A stretch of 64,000 nucleotides of DNA from Gammaproteobacteria bacterium (GTDB lineage Bacteria > Pseudomonadota > Gammaproteobacteria > Steroidobacterales > Steroidobacteraceae), in assembly GCA_025350055.1 (NCBI GenBank), contig JANXYK010000022.1, forward strand, positions 36,988 to 100,987. The letters run 5' to 3'. Below, one piece after another: positions 28,824 to 38,576 of this stretch. The notes beneath the pieces were generated by a model that saw only the letters and a list, made by a program, of their open reading frames with translations, had not been told where the DNA came from and ran no database searches. The stretch's first letter is position 1. The number at the start of each line of letters is the position of its first letter. Made by a program: the position numbers and the translations under genes.

Positions 28824-29270
28824 ATGTCGGAAGCGAAAGCACCTACCCACTGGATCCAGGAACACCTGCAGCGCTATCTCGCCACTGATGGTGCCGACGG
28901 CTACTGGTGGGATTCCACCATCGGCGGTGGCAAGGGCATGGTACCGACGCTGCTGCTGACCACCGTGGGCAACAAGAGCGGCCGCGTGCTGACGATGCCG
29001 TTGATCTTCGGCGAATCTGGCAAGGACTACGTGGTGGTCGCCTCCAAGGCCGGCGCACCAACGCATCCGGCCTGGTACCTGAACCTGCAGGCACAACCCA
29101 AGGTGGAAGTGCAGGTGAAGGGCGATAAGTTCGCGGCGCGCGCGCGCACCGCCACGGGCGAAGAACGCAGCAAGCTGTGGGCGAAGATGGTCGACATCTA
29201 CGGCCCCTATGCGGACTACCAGACCAAGACCGACCGGCAGATTCCGATCGTGGTGCTCGCGCGCGCCTGA
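28824..29270 (+). CDS. deazaflavin-dependent nitroreductase-family (Ddn/DUF385-like) oxidoreductase
   Basis: LLLTTVGNKSGRVLTMPL....VVASKAGAPTHPAWYLNL.A.P.V.V split-barrel motif. GGAGGAG SD before ATG 28824. Confidence 0.7.
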   Translation: MSEAKAPTHWIQEHLQRYLATDGADGYWWDSTIGGGKGMVPTLLLTTVGNKSGRVLTMPLIFGESGKDYVVVASKAGAPTHPAWYLNLQAQPKVEVQVKGDKFAARARTATGEERSKLWAKMVDIYGPYADYQTKTDRQIPIVVLARA

Positions 29271-29280
29271 GGCGCGCGCG
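29258..29280. terminator. perfect 10-bp GC hairpin between convergent genes (no U-tract)
   Basis: CGCGCGCGCC-tga-GGCGCGCGCG. The loop is the stop codon of the upstream gene. An alternating CG run allows several registers. Confidence 0.35.
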
Positions 29281-29303
29281 GCGCGCGCATTGATGTAGCG
29301 GCG

Positions 29304-30167
29304 TCAGGCCCTCGCCAGGGCCAGACAAACGACCCCGCCCACGATGCACAGTGCGCCGACGATGCGACTCCAGCTCAGCCTTTCCTTCAGCAGCAGGATT
29401 CCGAGGTAGGTGCCGATCAGGGTCGCGAGTTCCCGGGTCGGCGCCACGTGGCTGATGGGCGCCTTGGTCATCGCCCATAACACCAGCACGTACCCCACGG
29501 TGCCGAACACCGCCACGATCAGCGCTGCGCCGCCAAACTGGCGTATTTCCTGGCGGATCGTCGACGCACGCGCCAGCGAAGCCGGCGCCAGCACCACGGC
29601 GCGAAACAGGTTGCCGGTGTAGTCCACCAGGAGCGGTGAGATCGCGAGGTACTTCACCGCCCAGCCGTCGTTCAGCGTGTAGCCGGCGATGCAAGTGCCC
29701 GTGAGCAGACCCCAGCTGATGCCGGCACGCACCGGATGCACGCGTGGGCGCATGAGTTCAGCCACCAGGCCGATGCCGACAACGACCAGCAGCACACCGA
29801 TGAGCGATACCAGGCCCGGACGCTCACCCAACAGCCAGGCCGCGCCGGCAAAGGACAACAGTGGCCCCGTGCCGCGCGCGATCGGATACACCAGCGAGAG
29901 ATCAGCGGCGCGATAGCCGGCCTGGAGCGAGAGTGCGTAGGCCAGGTGCAGCATGCAGGTGGCGCCCAGCGCCAGGAACGGGCGCAGGCCCGGCTGCCAT
30001 TGCGCGTGCGCGAGTATCACCGCGGCGGGGATGCCCCACACCACGACCGCGGCTACGGAGTACAGCCATACGAAGTGCGTGGAGCCGGCAGCGCGCTTGG
30101 CCACCAGGTTCCAGCTTGCGTGCAAGCACGCGGCCAGCAATACGGCCAGCAGGGCGGTCAGCGGCAT
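29304..30167 (-). CDS. EamA/DMT-family transporter
   Basis: 287 aa, 10 TM, duplicated EamA-like halves. Confidence 0.75.
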   Translation of the reverse strand: MPLTALLAVLLAACLHASWNLVAKRAAGSTHFVWLYSVAAVVVWGIPAAVILAHAQWQPGLRPFLALGATCMLHLAYALSLQAGYRAADLSLVYPIARGTGPLLSFAGAAWLLGERPGLVSLIGVLLVVVGIGLVAELMRPRVHPVRAGISWGLLTGTCIAGYTLNDGWAVKYLAISPLLVDYTGNLFRAVVLAPASLARASTIRQEIRQFGGAALIVAVFGTVGYVLVLWAMTKAPISHVAPTRELATLIGTYLGILLLKERLSWSRIVGALCIVGGVVCLALARA

Positions 30168-30241
30168 CGGCTAATCCGGAATTCAGCGCGCATCAGGCGT
30201 GGAGTCTCGCATGCCCGTGGTGCGTGCGCTGATTGTCGCGC

Positions 30242-30535
30242 TCAGGGCAGGAAACCCAGCTCACGTTGATGTCGTAGGGCGAGGATGCGCACCTCGTCGC
30301 TTGGAACCACGAAGCGATATAAGGCGATATACCCGGTCTGGCCGTAGGAAATGACCAGCTCGCGAATCTCATCGGCGATGCGTCTACCGATGAGCGGGTG
30401 CCTCGCGAGGTTGTCGACCGCAGTCTGAATGGCGACGACAGCAGCAAGCGCTGCCGACGGATTTTCCTGCTTCAGGAATTCAAACACGCGCTCGAGGTCT
30501 ACCAGCGAGCGTCGTGAATAAACTACCGTTGCCAC
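30242..30535 (-). CDS. parE: type II toxin, RelE/ParE family
   Basis: 97 aa. The pattern ..DLERVFEFL......A......I......L...P.IGR.....RELV......Y.ALYR is typical of ParE-type toxins. It overlaps the antitoxin stop. Confidence 0.8.
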   Translation of the reverse strand: MATVVYSRRSLVDLERVFEFLKQENPSAALAAVVAIQTAVDNLARHPLIGRRIADEIRELVISYGQTGYIALYRFVVPSDEVRILALRHQRELGFLP

Positions 30536-30804
30536 GCTTTCGGTCGCGGTGCCGCTACGCCATTGGCAAGTCGAGTCATCCAGGCGTGCACGTCCTCGGC
30601 ACGATAGACCTCGCCAGTGCGTTCAATCTCCTCGTCAGCTGCCATTGCGTCCTTGACTAAGCGCCGCATCTGTTCCTCGTAGGCCGCATGCCGTTCAACG
30701 GCCTCAACGATCAGACTGTGAGCAGAACGGCCAGATTGCCTGGCCAGCGTCTGCACGCGCGAGCGCAGCTTTGGTGGCAGACGGATTGTGGTAGTGGCGA
30801 CCAT
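30523..30804 (-). CDS. ribbon-helix-helix (CopG-like) antitoxin
   Basis: TTIRLPPKLRSRVQTLARQSGRSAHSLIVEAVERH RHH motif. Start trimmed to ATG 30804. Confidence 0.75.
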   Translation of the reverse strand: MVATTTIRLPPKLRSRVQTLARQSGRSAHSLIVEAVERHAAYEEQMRRLVKDAMAADEEIERTGEVYRAEDVHAWMTRLANGVAAPRPKAWQR

Positions 30805-30820
30805 GGGTACCTCAAATTTA

Positions 30821-30838
30821 GTGTTACAAAAGTAGCAC
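30821..30838 (-). promoter_or_regulatory. imperfect palindrome overlapping the predicted -10 of the TA promoter (candidate antitoxin operator)
   Basis: GTGTTAC-aaaa-GTAGCAC (1 mismatch). On the minus strand: -35 TTGTCC (30852-57), 17-nt spacer, -10 TACTTT (30829-34). Confidence 0.4.
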
Positions 30839-30860
30839 AATGTGGACGCTGGGACAAGTC

Positions 30861-30890
30861 ACGGCACGTGAAGTTACGGCACGTGAAGTT
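30861..30890. repeat. perfect 15-bp tandem direct repeat ACGGCACGTGAAGTT x2, each with a CACGTG palindrome
   Basis: Copies at 30861-75 and 30876-90, directly upstream of the TA -35 box, in the divergent region shared with the CocE/NonD gene. Confidence 0.9.
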
Positions 30891-30967
30891 GCGTTTGCAG
30901 CTGGTTGCTGGGAGCATCCAGCTGGAATCGGTGTAACCAGAAGAACACAACCGAGCGGGAGTATCCT

Positions 30968-32980
30968 TTGAAAACACGCCTTCGAGATTCAGATGTGCTG
31001 AGGACGCTATTTTTGGCCGGCGCAATGGGCTTGCTGGTAGCCACAGGCGGTGCATTGGCCGGGGAGTCGCCGGCGCCGCTGTATCCACAGTATCCGAGCG
31101 AAACCCCGGACAACCTCCAGCCGGTCACCGACAGCTACGACTACACCCCGCACGATGTGATGATCCCGATGCGCGATGGCGTGAAGCTGCATACCGTGAT
31201 CCTGGTGCCCAGGGGCGCGAAGCATGCGGGCATGCTGCTGACGCGCACGCCCTACGATGCGAAAGACCTGACCTCCCACACGCACAGCGGCCACCTCGGG
31301 TCGATGCTCGAGGGCTACGACAACGCCACCGATGTGATCCTCGAGGATGGCTACATCCGCGTGGTGCAGGACGTGCGCGGCAAGTACGGTTCCGAGGGCG
31401 ACTACATCATGAATCGCCCGCTGCGCGGCCCGCAGAACCCGACGCCGGTCGATGATGCTACCGACACCTACGACACCATCGACTGGCTGGTGAAGAACGT
31501 GCCCGAAAGCAACGGCAAGGTGGGGACGCTGGGCATCTCCTACGACGGCTTCGAACCGCTGATGGCGCTGGTGAATCCGCATCCGGCGCTGAAGGTCTCG
31601 GTGCCGATGAATCCGATGGTCGATGGTTGGATGGGCGACGACTGGTTCCACAACGGCGCCTTCCGGCAGCAGAACCTGCCCTACATCTACGAGCAGGTGG
31701 GCTCTCGCGACAACAGCATCAAATGGTGGTCGAACCATCACGACGACTACGACCAGTACCTGAACGCGGGCTCGGCCGGCGAGCTGGGTCGTCGCTATGG
31801 CATGCCGCAGATCGGCTTCTGGAACAAGGTGATCGCGCATCCGGATTACGATGCTTTCTGGAGCGATCAGGCGGTCGACAAGATACTGGGCGCGTTGCCG
31901 CTGAAGGTGCCGGTGATGTTGGTGCACAGTCTCTGGGATGCCGAGGACAGTTACGGTGCGATGGCCGTCTATGCGGCGATCAAGCCCAAGGATACGCGCG
32001 GCGACATGGTGAAGCTGGTGCTCGGTCCCTGGTATCACGGCCAGGAAATCGAGGATGCGAGTGCGCTGGGGAGCCTGAAGTTCGGCAGCGACACTGGTCG
32101 CTACTTTCGCGAGTACGTGTTGCGGCCGTTCCTGGCGCAGTACCTGAAAGATGGCGCGCCGGCGGCAGATGTTGCGCCAGTCACTGCGTTCGAGAGCGGT
32201 AGCAACGAGTGGCGGCGCCTCGATCGCTGGCCGCAGAGCTGCGAGCAGGGATGTGCACGCGCGAGTCGCGCGCTCTATCTGCAGGCCGATGCCAAGCTGG
32301 GTTTCGCGGCGCCGGCAGCGGGCGCCACCGACAAGGCTGGCACTGCCGGCGCTGCCGGCGTGGCCTACACTGAATACGTCTCGGATCCCGCGCATCCGGT
32401 GCCGTTTCGCGCGCGCCCGATCCAGCAGGTCGGCTACGCGGTGGGCCAGACCTGGCAACAATGGCTGACCGACGATCAGCGCGAAGCCTCGGGCCGCACC
32501 GATGTGCTCAGCTTCACTTCCGAAGTACTGGAGCAGCCGCTGAAGATCAGCGGTCAACCCGTCGTGCACCTGCAGGCTTCCACCAGCGGCACCGACAGCG
32601 ACTGGGTGGTCAAGCTCATCGATGTCTATCCCGATGAAGTGCATGCGCAGCCTGAGATGGGTGGCTACCAGCTCGGCGTAGGCATGGAGATATTCCGCGG
32701 GCGCTATCGCGAGAGCTTCGTGACGCCGAAGGCGCTGGAGGCCAACAAGCCAGTGGCTTACGAGTTCAAACTGCCGCCTGCGAACCACGTATTCCTGCCG
32801 GGTCACCGCATCATGGTGCAGGTGCAGTCGAGCTGGTTCCCGCTGTACGACCGCAATCCACAGAGCTTCGTGCCCAATATTTTCTGGGCCAAGCCCGGCG
32901 ATTTCCGCAAGGCGACGCAGCGCGTCTATCACTCGGCCAAGCTGCCTTCGTTCATCGCGCTGCCGGTGGTCGGGAGCTGA
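30968..32980 (+). CDS. CocE/NonD-family serine hydrolase (S15 X-Pro dipeptidyl-peptidase-like), secreted
   Basis: LLTRTPYD, GISYDGF (GxSxG) and WFPLYDRNPQ C-terminal beta-sandwich motif. Signal peptide. Start uncertain (TTG 30968 after GGGAG, or upstream). Confidence 0.8.
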   Translation: MKTRLRDSDVLRTLFLAGAMGLLVATGGALAGESPAPLYPQYPSETPDNLQPVTDSYDYTPHDVMIPMRDGVKLHTVILVPRGAKHAGMLLTRTPYDAKDLTSHTHSGHLGSMLEGYDNATDVILEDGYIRVVQDVRGKYGSEGDYIMNRPLRGPQNPTPVDDATDTYDTIDWLVKNVPESNGKVGTLGISYDGFEPLMALVNPHPALKVSVPMNPMVDGWMGDDWFHNGAFRQQNLPYIYEQVGSRDNSIKWWSNHHDDYDQYLNAGSAGELGRRYGMPQIGFWNKVIAHPDYDAFWSDQAVDKILGALPLKVPVMLVHSLWDAEDSYGAMAVYAAIKPKDTRGDMVKLVLGPWYHGQEIEDASALGSLKFGSDTGRYFREYVLRPFLAQYLKDGAPAADVAPVTAFESGSNEWRRLDRWPQSCEQGCARASRALYLQADAKLGFAAPAAGATDKAGTAGAAGVAYTEYVSDPAHPVPFRARPIQQVGYAVGQTWQQWLTDDQREASGRTDVLSFTSEVLEQPLKISGQPVVHLQASTSGTDSDWVVKLIDVYPDEVHAQPEMGGYQLGVGMEIFRGRYRESFVTPKALEANKPVAYEFKLPPANHVFLPGHRIMVQVQSSWFPLYDRNPQSFVPNIFWAKPGDFRKATQRVYHSAKLPSFIALPVVGS

Positions 32981-32993
32981 ACCGCGGCGCGCC

Positions 32994-35900
32994 TCAGGCC
33001 TCGCTCACGCGCGGCGGCATCAGCAGGTACATCACCGGCGTCACGAGTCTTGCGAGCAGCGTCGAGGTGATCAGCCCGCCGATGATCACCCAAGCCATGG
33101 GCGAGTAGATGCCCACATTCTGCAAAGCCAGCGGCAGCAGGCCACCGATGGCCGTGAGTGAGGTCAGCAGTATCGGCAGGAAGCGCGTTTCGCCGGCGCG
33201 CTCAATGGCCTCAGTCAGCGGCACGCCCTGCGCGCGCAGCTGGTTGGTAAGATCGACCAGCAGGATCGAATTCTTGATCTCGATGCCGATCAGGGCCACG
33301 AAGCCGATGCTGGCGACGAAGGAGATGTTGTTGCCGGTCAGCAGTAGCATGGCCAGGCCGCCCATCACGCCCAGCGGCACCACCGTGAGCACGATCAGCG
33401 TGGCCTTGAAGCTGCCGAACTCGAGCACCAGGATCGCGAAGATGCCGAACAACGCAACGATGATCGCCGTGCCGATGCCGGCGAAGGACTCCGAGCTCGA
33501 TTCGGCCTCGCCCCCCAGCACGAAGGAATAGCCGCGCGGCCAGTCCATGGCCTTGAGACGTTGCACCACGGCCTGCGTGACGCGACCGATGTTTTCGCCG
33601 GGCAGCACGTCGGCATCGATGGTGATCGCGCGCGAGCGGTTGAAGCGCTGGATGATGGTCGGCGCGGGCTCGAACACCGGGGTCGCGAGCTGCGTGAGCG
33701 GCAGCAGCGCACCGTTGCGATTGGCGACGCGCATCTGGTCGAGCGCCCCAAGATCGGCGCGCGCTGCCACTGGCGTGCGCACCACCATCGCATACTGCTC
33801 GCCATCGGCGGCCTTGAAGTTGCCGGCGGGCAGGCCGCCCACCGCGAGGCGCGCAGCGCGATCGATCTCCGCGGTGGCGACGCCCAGCAGCCCGGCCTTC
33901 TGCGAATCGATCTGCAGCCGCAGGTTGGTGCGCGGCACGCGCAGCGGATTGCTGACATCGCGCGTGCCGGGCGTGTCCTTGATCAGCTGCTGGATGCGGT
34001 GCGCCAGGCTGTCGAGCGTGCCCAGGTCCTCACCCAGGATGCGCACCGCGATAGGCGCGGTGATCGGCTGGCCCTGCACGAATTCCTTCACATAGATGTG
34101 CGCGGCCGGATACTTCGCGAAGTCGGCGCGCAGGCTCTCATAGAGGCGCGGCGTGGCGCGCGTGTCATAGCGTTCGAGCTGCACGAACAGTTCCGCATAG
34201 TTGGCCGAATCGTTGCGCACGATGTGGTTGTAGTAGATCTGCGGATTGCCGTGGCCGAGATTGGCGAAGTAGCCGCGCACGCCGGGCGTACGCGCCAGGC
34301 GCGCCTCGACGAATTTAAGCGCGCGATCGGTGGCCGCGAAACTGCTGCCATTCGGCAACTCGACGCTGATCAGGAATTGTGGCGTGTCCGCCTTGGGAAA
34401 CAGGCTGCTGCCCAGTACCTGCGTCAGGCCCAGCGACAGCAGCAGTGAGCCGCCGATCGCCACGATCGCGGTGGCGCGCGGCCGCTGCAGGCAGTAGTGC
34501 AGCGCCGGGCGATAGTAGCGGTGGATCATGCCCATCACGCGCTCGAGCAGCCGGTTGTGCTGCGGCTCGGTCTCCGGCGGCAGCAGGCGGCTCGCCAGAA
34601 AGGGGATGATGAACAGCGCGATCAGGAGCGACCCCACGATTGTCGCCACTACGGCGGTAGGCAGCACGCGAATGAACTTGCCCGCGTTGCCGGGCAGCGC
34701 CAGCAGCGGCAGGAAGGCGAAGATCAGCGTTGCGGTGCAGCCGAGGATTGCGGCGAAGATCTGCTGCGTGCCGCTGAGTGCTGCCTGCAGCCGCGTGGCG
34801 CCCTCGCGCAGGTGCCGGGCGATGTTCTCGACCACCACGATCGAATCATCGACCAGCAGGCCGAGCGCCACCACGAAGCCGGCGATGGAGATCTGGTTGA
34901 GTGAATAGCCGATGAAATACAGCACCGCGATGCCGAAGGCCAGCGACAGCGGCAGTGAGATCATCACGATGCCGGCAGCGCGCAGGCCCAGCGGCAGCAG
35001 TGTCAGCGCCACCAGCGCCACGGCGATCGAGAAATCGATGTACAGCCGATTGAGGCGATGGGTGACATTGCGCGCCTGCTCGAAGCCGCGCTCCAGGCGT
35101 ATGTCCTTCGGTAGCGTGGGCTGGTAGCGGTCCAGCGCACCATCGACATCCTGTTGTACGCGCGGGTTGTTGTAGCCGTCCTTCTGGTTGGCGGTGACGA
35201 ACAGCGCACGCTTGCCGTTGTAGCGACCGACGTAGCTGAGCGTGGCACTGTCCCAGCTCACCTCGGCGATGTCGCGTACGCGCACGACGCGCCCCGCGGC
35301 GCCGCCGACCACGGTGTCGCGCACCTGATCGAGCGTGGTGTAACCGGTCGAGGTCTTGAGGCTGAAGCTGCGATTGCCCACATCCACGTAGCCTGCGGGC
35401 ATGTTGGAGTTTTCGCTCTGCAGGGCCTGCAGCAACTGACCCGGCGTGATGTGCATCTGGCCCATGCGCGCCAGATCCACCGCGATGCGCAACTCGCGCC
35501 GCGGGTAGGCCCAGCTCTCGGCGGTGCGGATACCGGGCACGGCCTTGAGCGTGTCCTTGAGCGTGCGCGCGGCATCCTCGAGCTGCGCGTAGGAAGCCGT
35601 CTCGGAGACCAGTGCGAGCTGCAGGACATTCACCTGCGCCGGACTGATTTTCTTGATCTCGAGTGAGGCCAGTTCCGCGGGCAGCGTGGGGCGCAGCGCA
35701 TTCACTTCGCGCTGCATCTCGTCGTATTTCTTGTCCGGATCGGTCGAGGCCTCGAACTCCACCGCGACGAAGGCGACGCCATCGACCAGCGTGGTCTCGA
35801 GCTTGTGCACGCCATCGAGTTCGGCGATGCGATCCTCGATCGGCTTCGCCACCAGGCGCTCCAGGTCCTGCGGATCAGCGCCCGGCCAGATCGCGGTGAC

Positions 35901-36038
35901 GAAGTAGGCCGCGAACTTGATGTGCGGGTCTTCCTCGCGCGGAATCTGCTGGAAGGTGTAGAGGCCAAGCACCGCCAGGCACAGGAACGCGACCAGCGTG
36001 AACTGGTGGCGACGGATCGGCATTTCGAGCAGTTTCAT
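32994..36038 (-). CDS. RND efflux permease (AcrB/HAE family)
   Basis: 1014 aa, 12 TM, two large periplasmic loops. Confidence 0.9.
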   Translation of the reverse strand: MKLLEMPIRRHQFTLVAFLCLAVLGLYTFQQIPREEDPHIKFAAYFVTAIWPGADPQDLERLVAKPIEDRIAELDGVHKLETTLVDGVAFVAVEFEASTDPDKKYDEMQREVNALRPTLPAELASLEIKKISPAQVNVLQLALVSETASYAQLEDAARTLKDTLKAVPGIRTAESWAYPRRELRIAVDLARMGQMHITPGQLLQALQSENSNMPAGYVDVGNRSFSLKTSTGYTTLDQVRDTVVGGAAGRVVRVRDIAEVSWDSATLSYVGRYNGKRALFVTANQKDGYNNPRVQQDVDGALDRYQPTLPKDIRLERGFEQARNVTHRLNRLYIDFSIAVALVALTLLPLGLRAAGIVMISLPLSLAFGIAVLYFIGYSLNQISIAGFVVALGLLVDDSIVVVENIARHLREGATRLQAALSGTQQIFAAILGCTATLIFAFLPLLALPGNAGKFIRVLPTAVVATIVGSLLIALFIIPFLASRLLPPETEPQHNRLLERVMGMIHRYYRPALHYCLQRPRATAIVAIGGSLLLSLGLTQVLGSSLFPKADTPQFLISVELPNGSSFAATDRALKFVEARLARTPGVRGYFANLGHGNPQIYYNHIVRNDSANYAELFVQLERYDTRATPRLYESLRADFAKYPAAHIYVKEFVQGQPITAPIAVRILGEDLGTLDSLAHRIQQLIKDTPGTRDVSNPLRVPRTNLRLQIDSQKAGLLGVATAEIDRAARLAVGGLPAGNFKAADGEQYAMVVRTPVAARADLGALDQMRVANRNGALLPLTQLATPVFEPAPTIIQRFNRSRAITIDADVLPGENIGRVTQAVVQRLKAMDWPRGYSFVLGGEAESSSESFAGIGTAIIVALFGIFAILVLEFGSFKATLIVLTVVPLGVMGGLAMLLLTGNNISFVASIGFVALIGIEIKNSILLVDLTNQLRAQGVPLTEAIERAGETRFLPILLTSLTAIGGLLPLALQNVGIYSPMAWVIIGGLITSTLLARLVTPVMYLLMPPRVSEA

Positions 36039-36044
36039 CGGTGC

Positions 36045-37097
36045 TCAACGGGTCGCGACGGCGACGCGCTCGTTGTCATCCAGGAACGGCGCGCCATCGG
36101 TGATCACGGTTTCGCCGCGGCTCAGGCCGCTGCGCACCGCGATCTGCGTGCCCTCAACGAAGGCGATGGCGATCTCGCGCCGCCGGGCATGCTCGCCCTG
36201 CAGCACGAATATCGAGCCGCGCGCGCCTGAGGCCGTCACCAGCGCACCGGCAGGAATGCGCGCCAGGCTGGCGCCGCTCCCGGGCTGCAGTCGCGCGGTG
36301 GCCACCATGCCACTGGCGACGCGCAGCGCAGCGGGCTGCACGGTGATTTCCACCGGAAACAGGCCCGTGGCCGGATCCGCAGCGCGGCTCAGCAGACTCA
36401 CCTGGCCCTGCAGTGGCTGATCGGGCGCGGCATCGAGCACCACACTGGCCGCGAGGCCCATGCGCAGCGCGAGCAGTTCGCGATCCGAGACCGAGGTGCG
36501 CAGGATGTAGCCGCGCGAGCCCGAGCTCACGGTCAGCACTGGCTGGCCCGCGGCCACCAGTTCGCGCACCTCTGCCAGGCGATACAGCACCACACCGTCG
36601 CTCGCGGCGACGATGCGCGCGTGGCCGCGATTGAACTGCACGGCCTGCAGCTGCGCGCCGGCGACATCGTGCTGCGTGCGCAGGTTCTGCAGCTGCTCGA
36701 GACTGATCACTTCATCGCGATACAACTGTTCGCCGCGCTGCTGGTCGCGCGCTGCCTTGGCCTCGAGCTCGCGGGCGGAGTTCAACTGCGCGTCGATCTC
36801 AGCGGGCTCGATCTCGGCCAGCACCTGCCCGGCATGCACGTTGTCGCCGGCATCGACCGCGATGCGCGCGATCACGCCGGCAACCTTGAAGGAAAGCTTC
36901 GCTTGATCGCGACTGGCGATCACGCCGTGCAGTGCGATGGCCGGCAGGTCGGCACCGACGCTCACCGTCGCCGTGCCCACGGGTGTGGGCGCGTGCGCAT
37001 CAGTGGGCGCGCCCTTGCCGCCGCAGGCTGCCAGCAGCAGTCCGGGCAACAGCCACAACAACAACCAGGGTATCGGCCGGGGCAGGGGCGCGGTCAT
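36045..37097 (-). CDS. RND periplasmic adaptor (MFP), lipoprotein
   Basis: Lipobox LLAAC plus coiled-coil and beta-barrel MFP layout. ATGA-type overlap with the upstream OMP gene. Confidence 0.85.
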   Translation of the reverse strand: MTAPLPRPIPWLLLWLLPGLLLAACGGKGAPTDAHAPTPVGTATVSVGADLPAIALHGVIASRDQAKLSFKVAGVIARIAVDAGDNVHAGQVLAEIEPAEIDAQLNSARELEAKAARDQQRGEQLYRDEVISLEQLQNLRTQHDVAGAQLQAVQFNRGHARIVAASDGVVLYRLAEVRELVAAGQPVLTVSSGSRGYILRTSVSDRELLALRMGLAASVVLDAAPDQPLQGQVSLLSRAADPATGLFPVEITVQPAALRVASGMVATARLQPGSGASLARIPAGALVTASGARGSIFVLQGEHARRREIAIAFVEGTQIAVRSGLSRGETVITDGAPFLDDNERVAVATR

Positions 37098-38554
37098 GGC
37101 GTATCTCCACGGGCAAAGTCGTATTCGAACTGGCGTTGCAGCAGCGTGCAGCGGGTCTGGTCTTCGTTGAGCTCGGCGCCGGTCAGCGCACTGCGGGCGT
37201 CGAGGAATTCCAGCGCGCTGGCCATGCCGGCATCGCGTCTGCGGCTGGCGATGTCGAAGGCCGCGCGCGCCACGGCGCTGCGCACATGTGCTGTGACCAG
37301 CGATCCCAGCGCGGTGCGCAGGTTGTCGTAGGCCTGGCGCATCTCCAGTTCGACGCGGGTGGCCGCCAGCTGCTGCTGATTGCGTAGCTGCGCCGCCGAG
37401 AGCCGCGCCTGCGAGACGGCGGCAGCCCGTGCGCCGCCGTCGAACAGTGTCCAGGTGGCCACCAGCGAGGCCGTGCTGAAGTTGTAGTTGCGCCCCAGCC
37501 CGTAGTCAGCGCCCTGTGTGCCGGTGTCGACGCCCAGGGAAATGTTGGGTTTGCGCGCCGCGTGTGCCGCGCGCAGCTGCGCATCAGCGGCAGCACTGGC
37601 GGCTTCAAGCTGACGCAGTTCGGGGCGAGCGAGCAATGCGGTGTGGGTGGCGGCCTCGAGATCCGGCGGCGTCGTCACCGGCGTTGGCGGCGCGGTCTCG
37701 GTTTCGCCTGCTGTGTCCATGGCACTGAACGCACCGTTCTGCAGCGGCGTATCCAGCGGTCGATTGAGCAGGAAGTTCACGTAGCTGCGCGCCTGGGTGG
37801 CGCCGTTGGCGCTCTCGGATTGCTGCTGTTGTACGGCCAGCAACTCGGCCTGCGCGCGCAGCACGATGTCGTGCGTGCCTTTGCCGCTCGCATACAGCGC
37901 CTGGTTTACGCGCAGGTTTTCGCTGAGCAGTGCGGCGCTGGCAGCGATGATCTCGGTGCCGTGGCGGGCGCGCAGCCAGTCGAGATAGGACACGGCGATA
38001 TCGCGGCGCAGTTGCCGCGTGAAAGCCTGCTGCCCGAAATTCGCAGCGCTCGCGTTGGCGCGCGCCGCGGCGACGGCCGCCGGAATCGCCGGCGCATACA
38101 GCGGCTGGCGCAGCGTGAGGCGCGTGTCCTGCTCGCGCGGCAGTTGCAGCGGAAAGGATTCATCGCCCAGCATTGGAAAGCGCGGCGTGCCGCCGTTGGC
38201 GACCAGCAGCTCATTGAGGGTCTGGTAGGCCGGATTCAGCAATTGCCCGGTGGGCACGGTGAACTGCCGGCCACCGTCGGCGCGTGTGTAGCGCGCGTTG
38301 AGGCCCAGCTCGGGAAAGTAATGGGCGCGCGCGGCGTCCAGGGCCGCGAGGCCTTTCTGCGCTTCCAGTGACTGGTTGGCCAGTACCAGGTTGGAAGCCA
38401 GCCCGCGCTGTACGTAGTCCTCGATCACGACGCCGACCGGGCGATTGGCGTCCAAGGCAGTCGCGACAGCGTCGTTCGCGCCGGCCGCTGCTGTACCGGC
38501 GAGAGCCATCGTGGCCGCCAGGGAGGCAAGCAGCTGTTTAATGATTATACGCAT
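37094..38554 (-). CDS. TolC-family outer-membrane efflux protein
   Basis: Signal peptide and duplicated OEP repeats. Confidence 0.85.
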   Translation of the reverse strand: MRIIIKQLLASLAATMALAGTAAAGANDAVATALDANRPVGVVIEDYVQRGLASNLVLANQSLEAQKGLAALDAARAHYFPELGLNARYTRADGGRQFTVPTGQLLNPAYQTLNELLVANGGTPRFPMLGDESFPLQLPREQDTRLTLRQPLYAPAIPAAVAAARANASAANFGQQAFTRQLRRDIAVSYLDWLRARHGTEIIAASAALLSENLRVNQALYASGKGTHDIVLRAQAELLAVQQQQSESANGATQARSYVNFLLNRPLDTPLQNGAFSAMDTAGETETAPPTPVTTPPDLEAATHTALLARPELRQLEAASAAADAQLRAAHAARKPNISLGVDTGTQGADYGLGRNYNFSTASLVATWTLFDGGARAAAVSQARLSAAQLRNQQQLAATRVELEMRQAYDNLRTALGSLVTAHVRSAVARAAFDIASRRRDAGMASALEFLDARSALTGAELNEDQTRCTLLQRQFEYDFARGDTP

Positions 38555-38576
38555 GTCAAATTCAAGCCAAAAAAAC

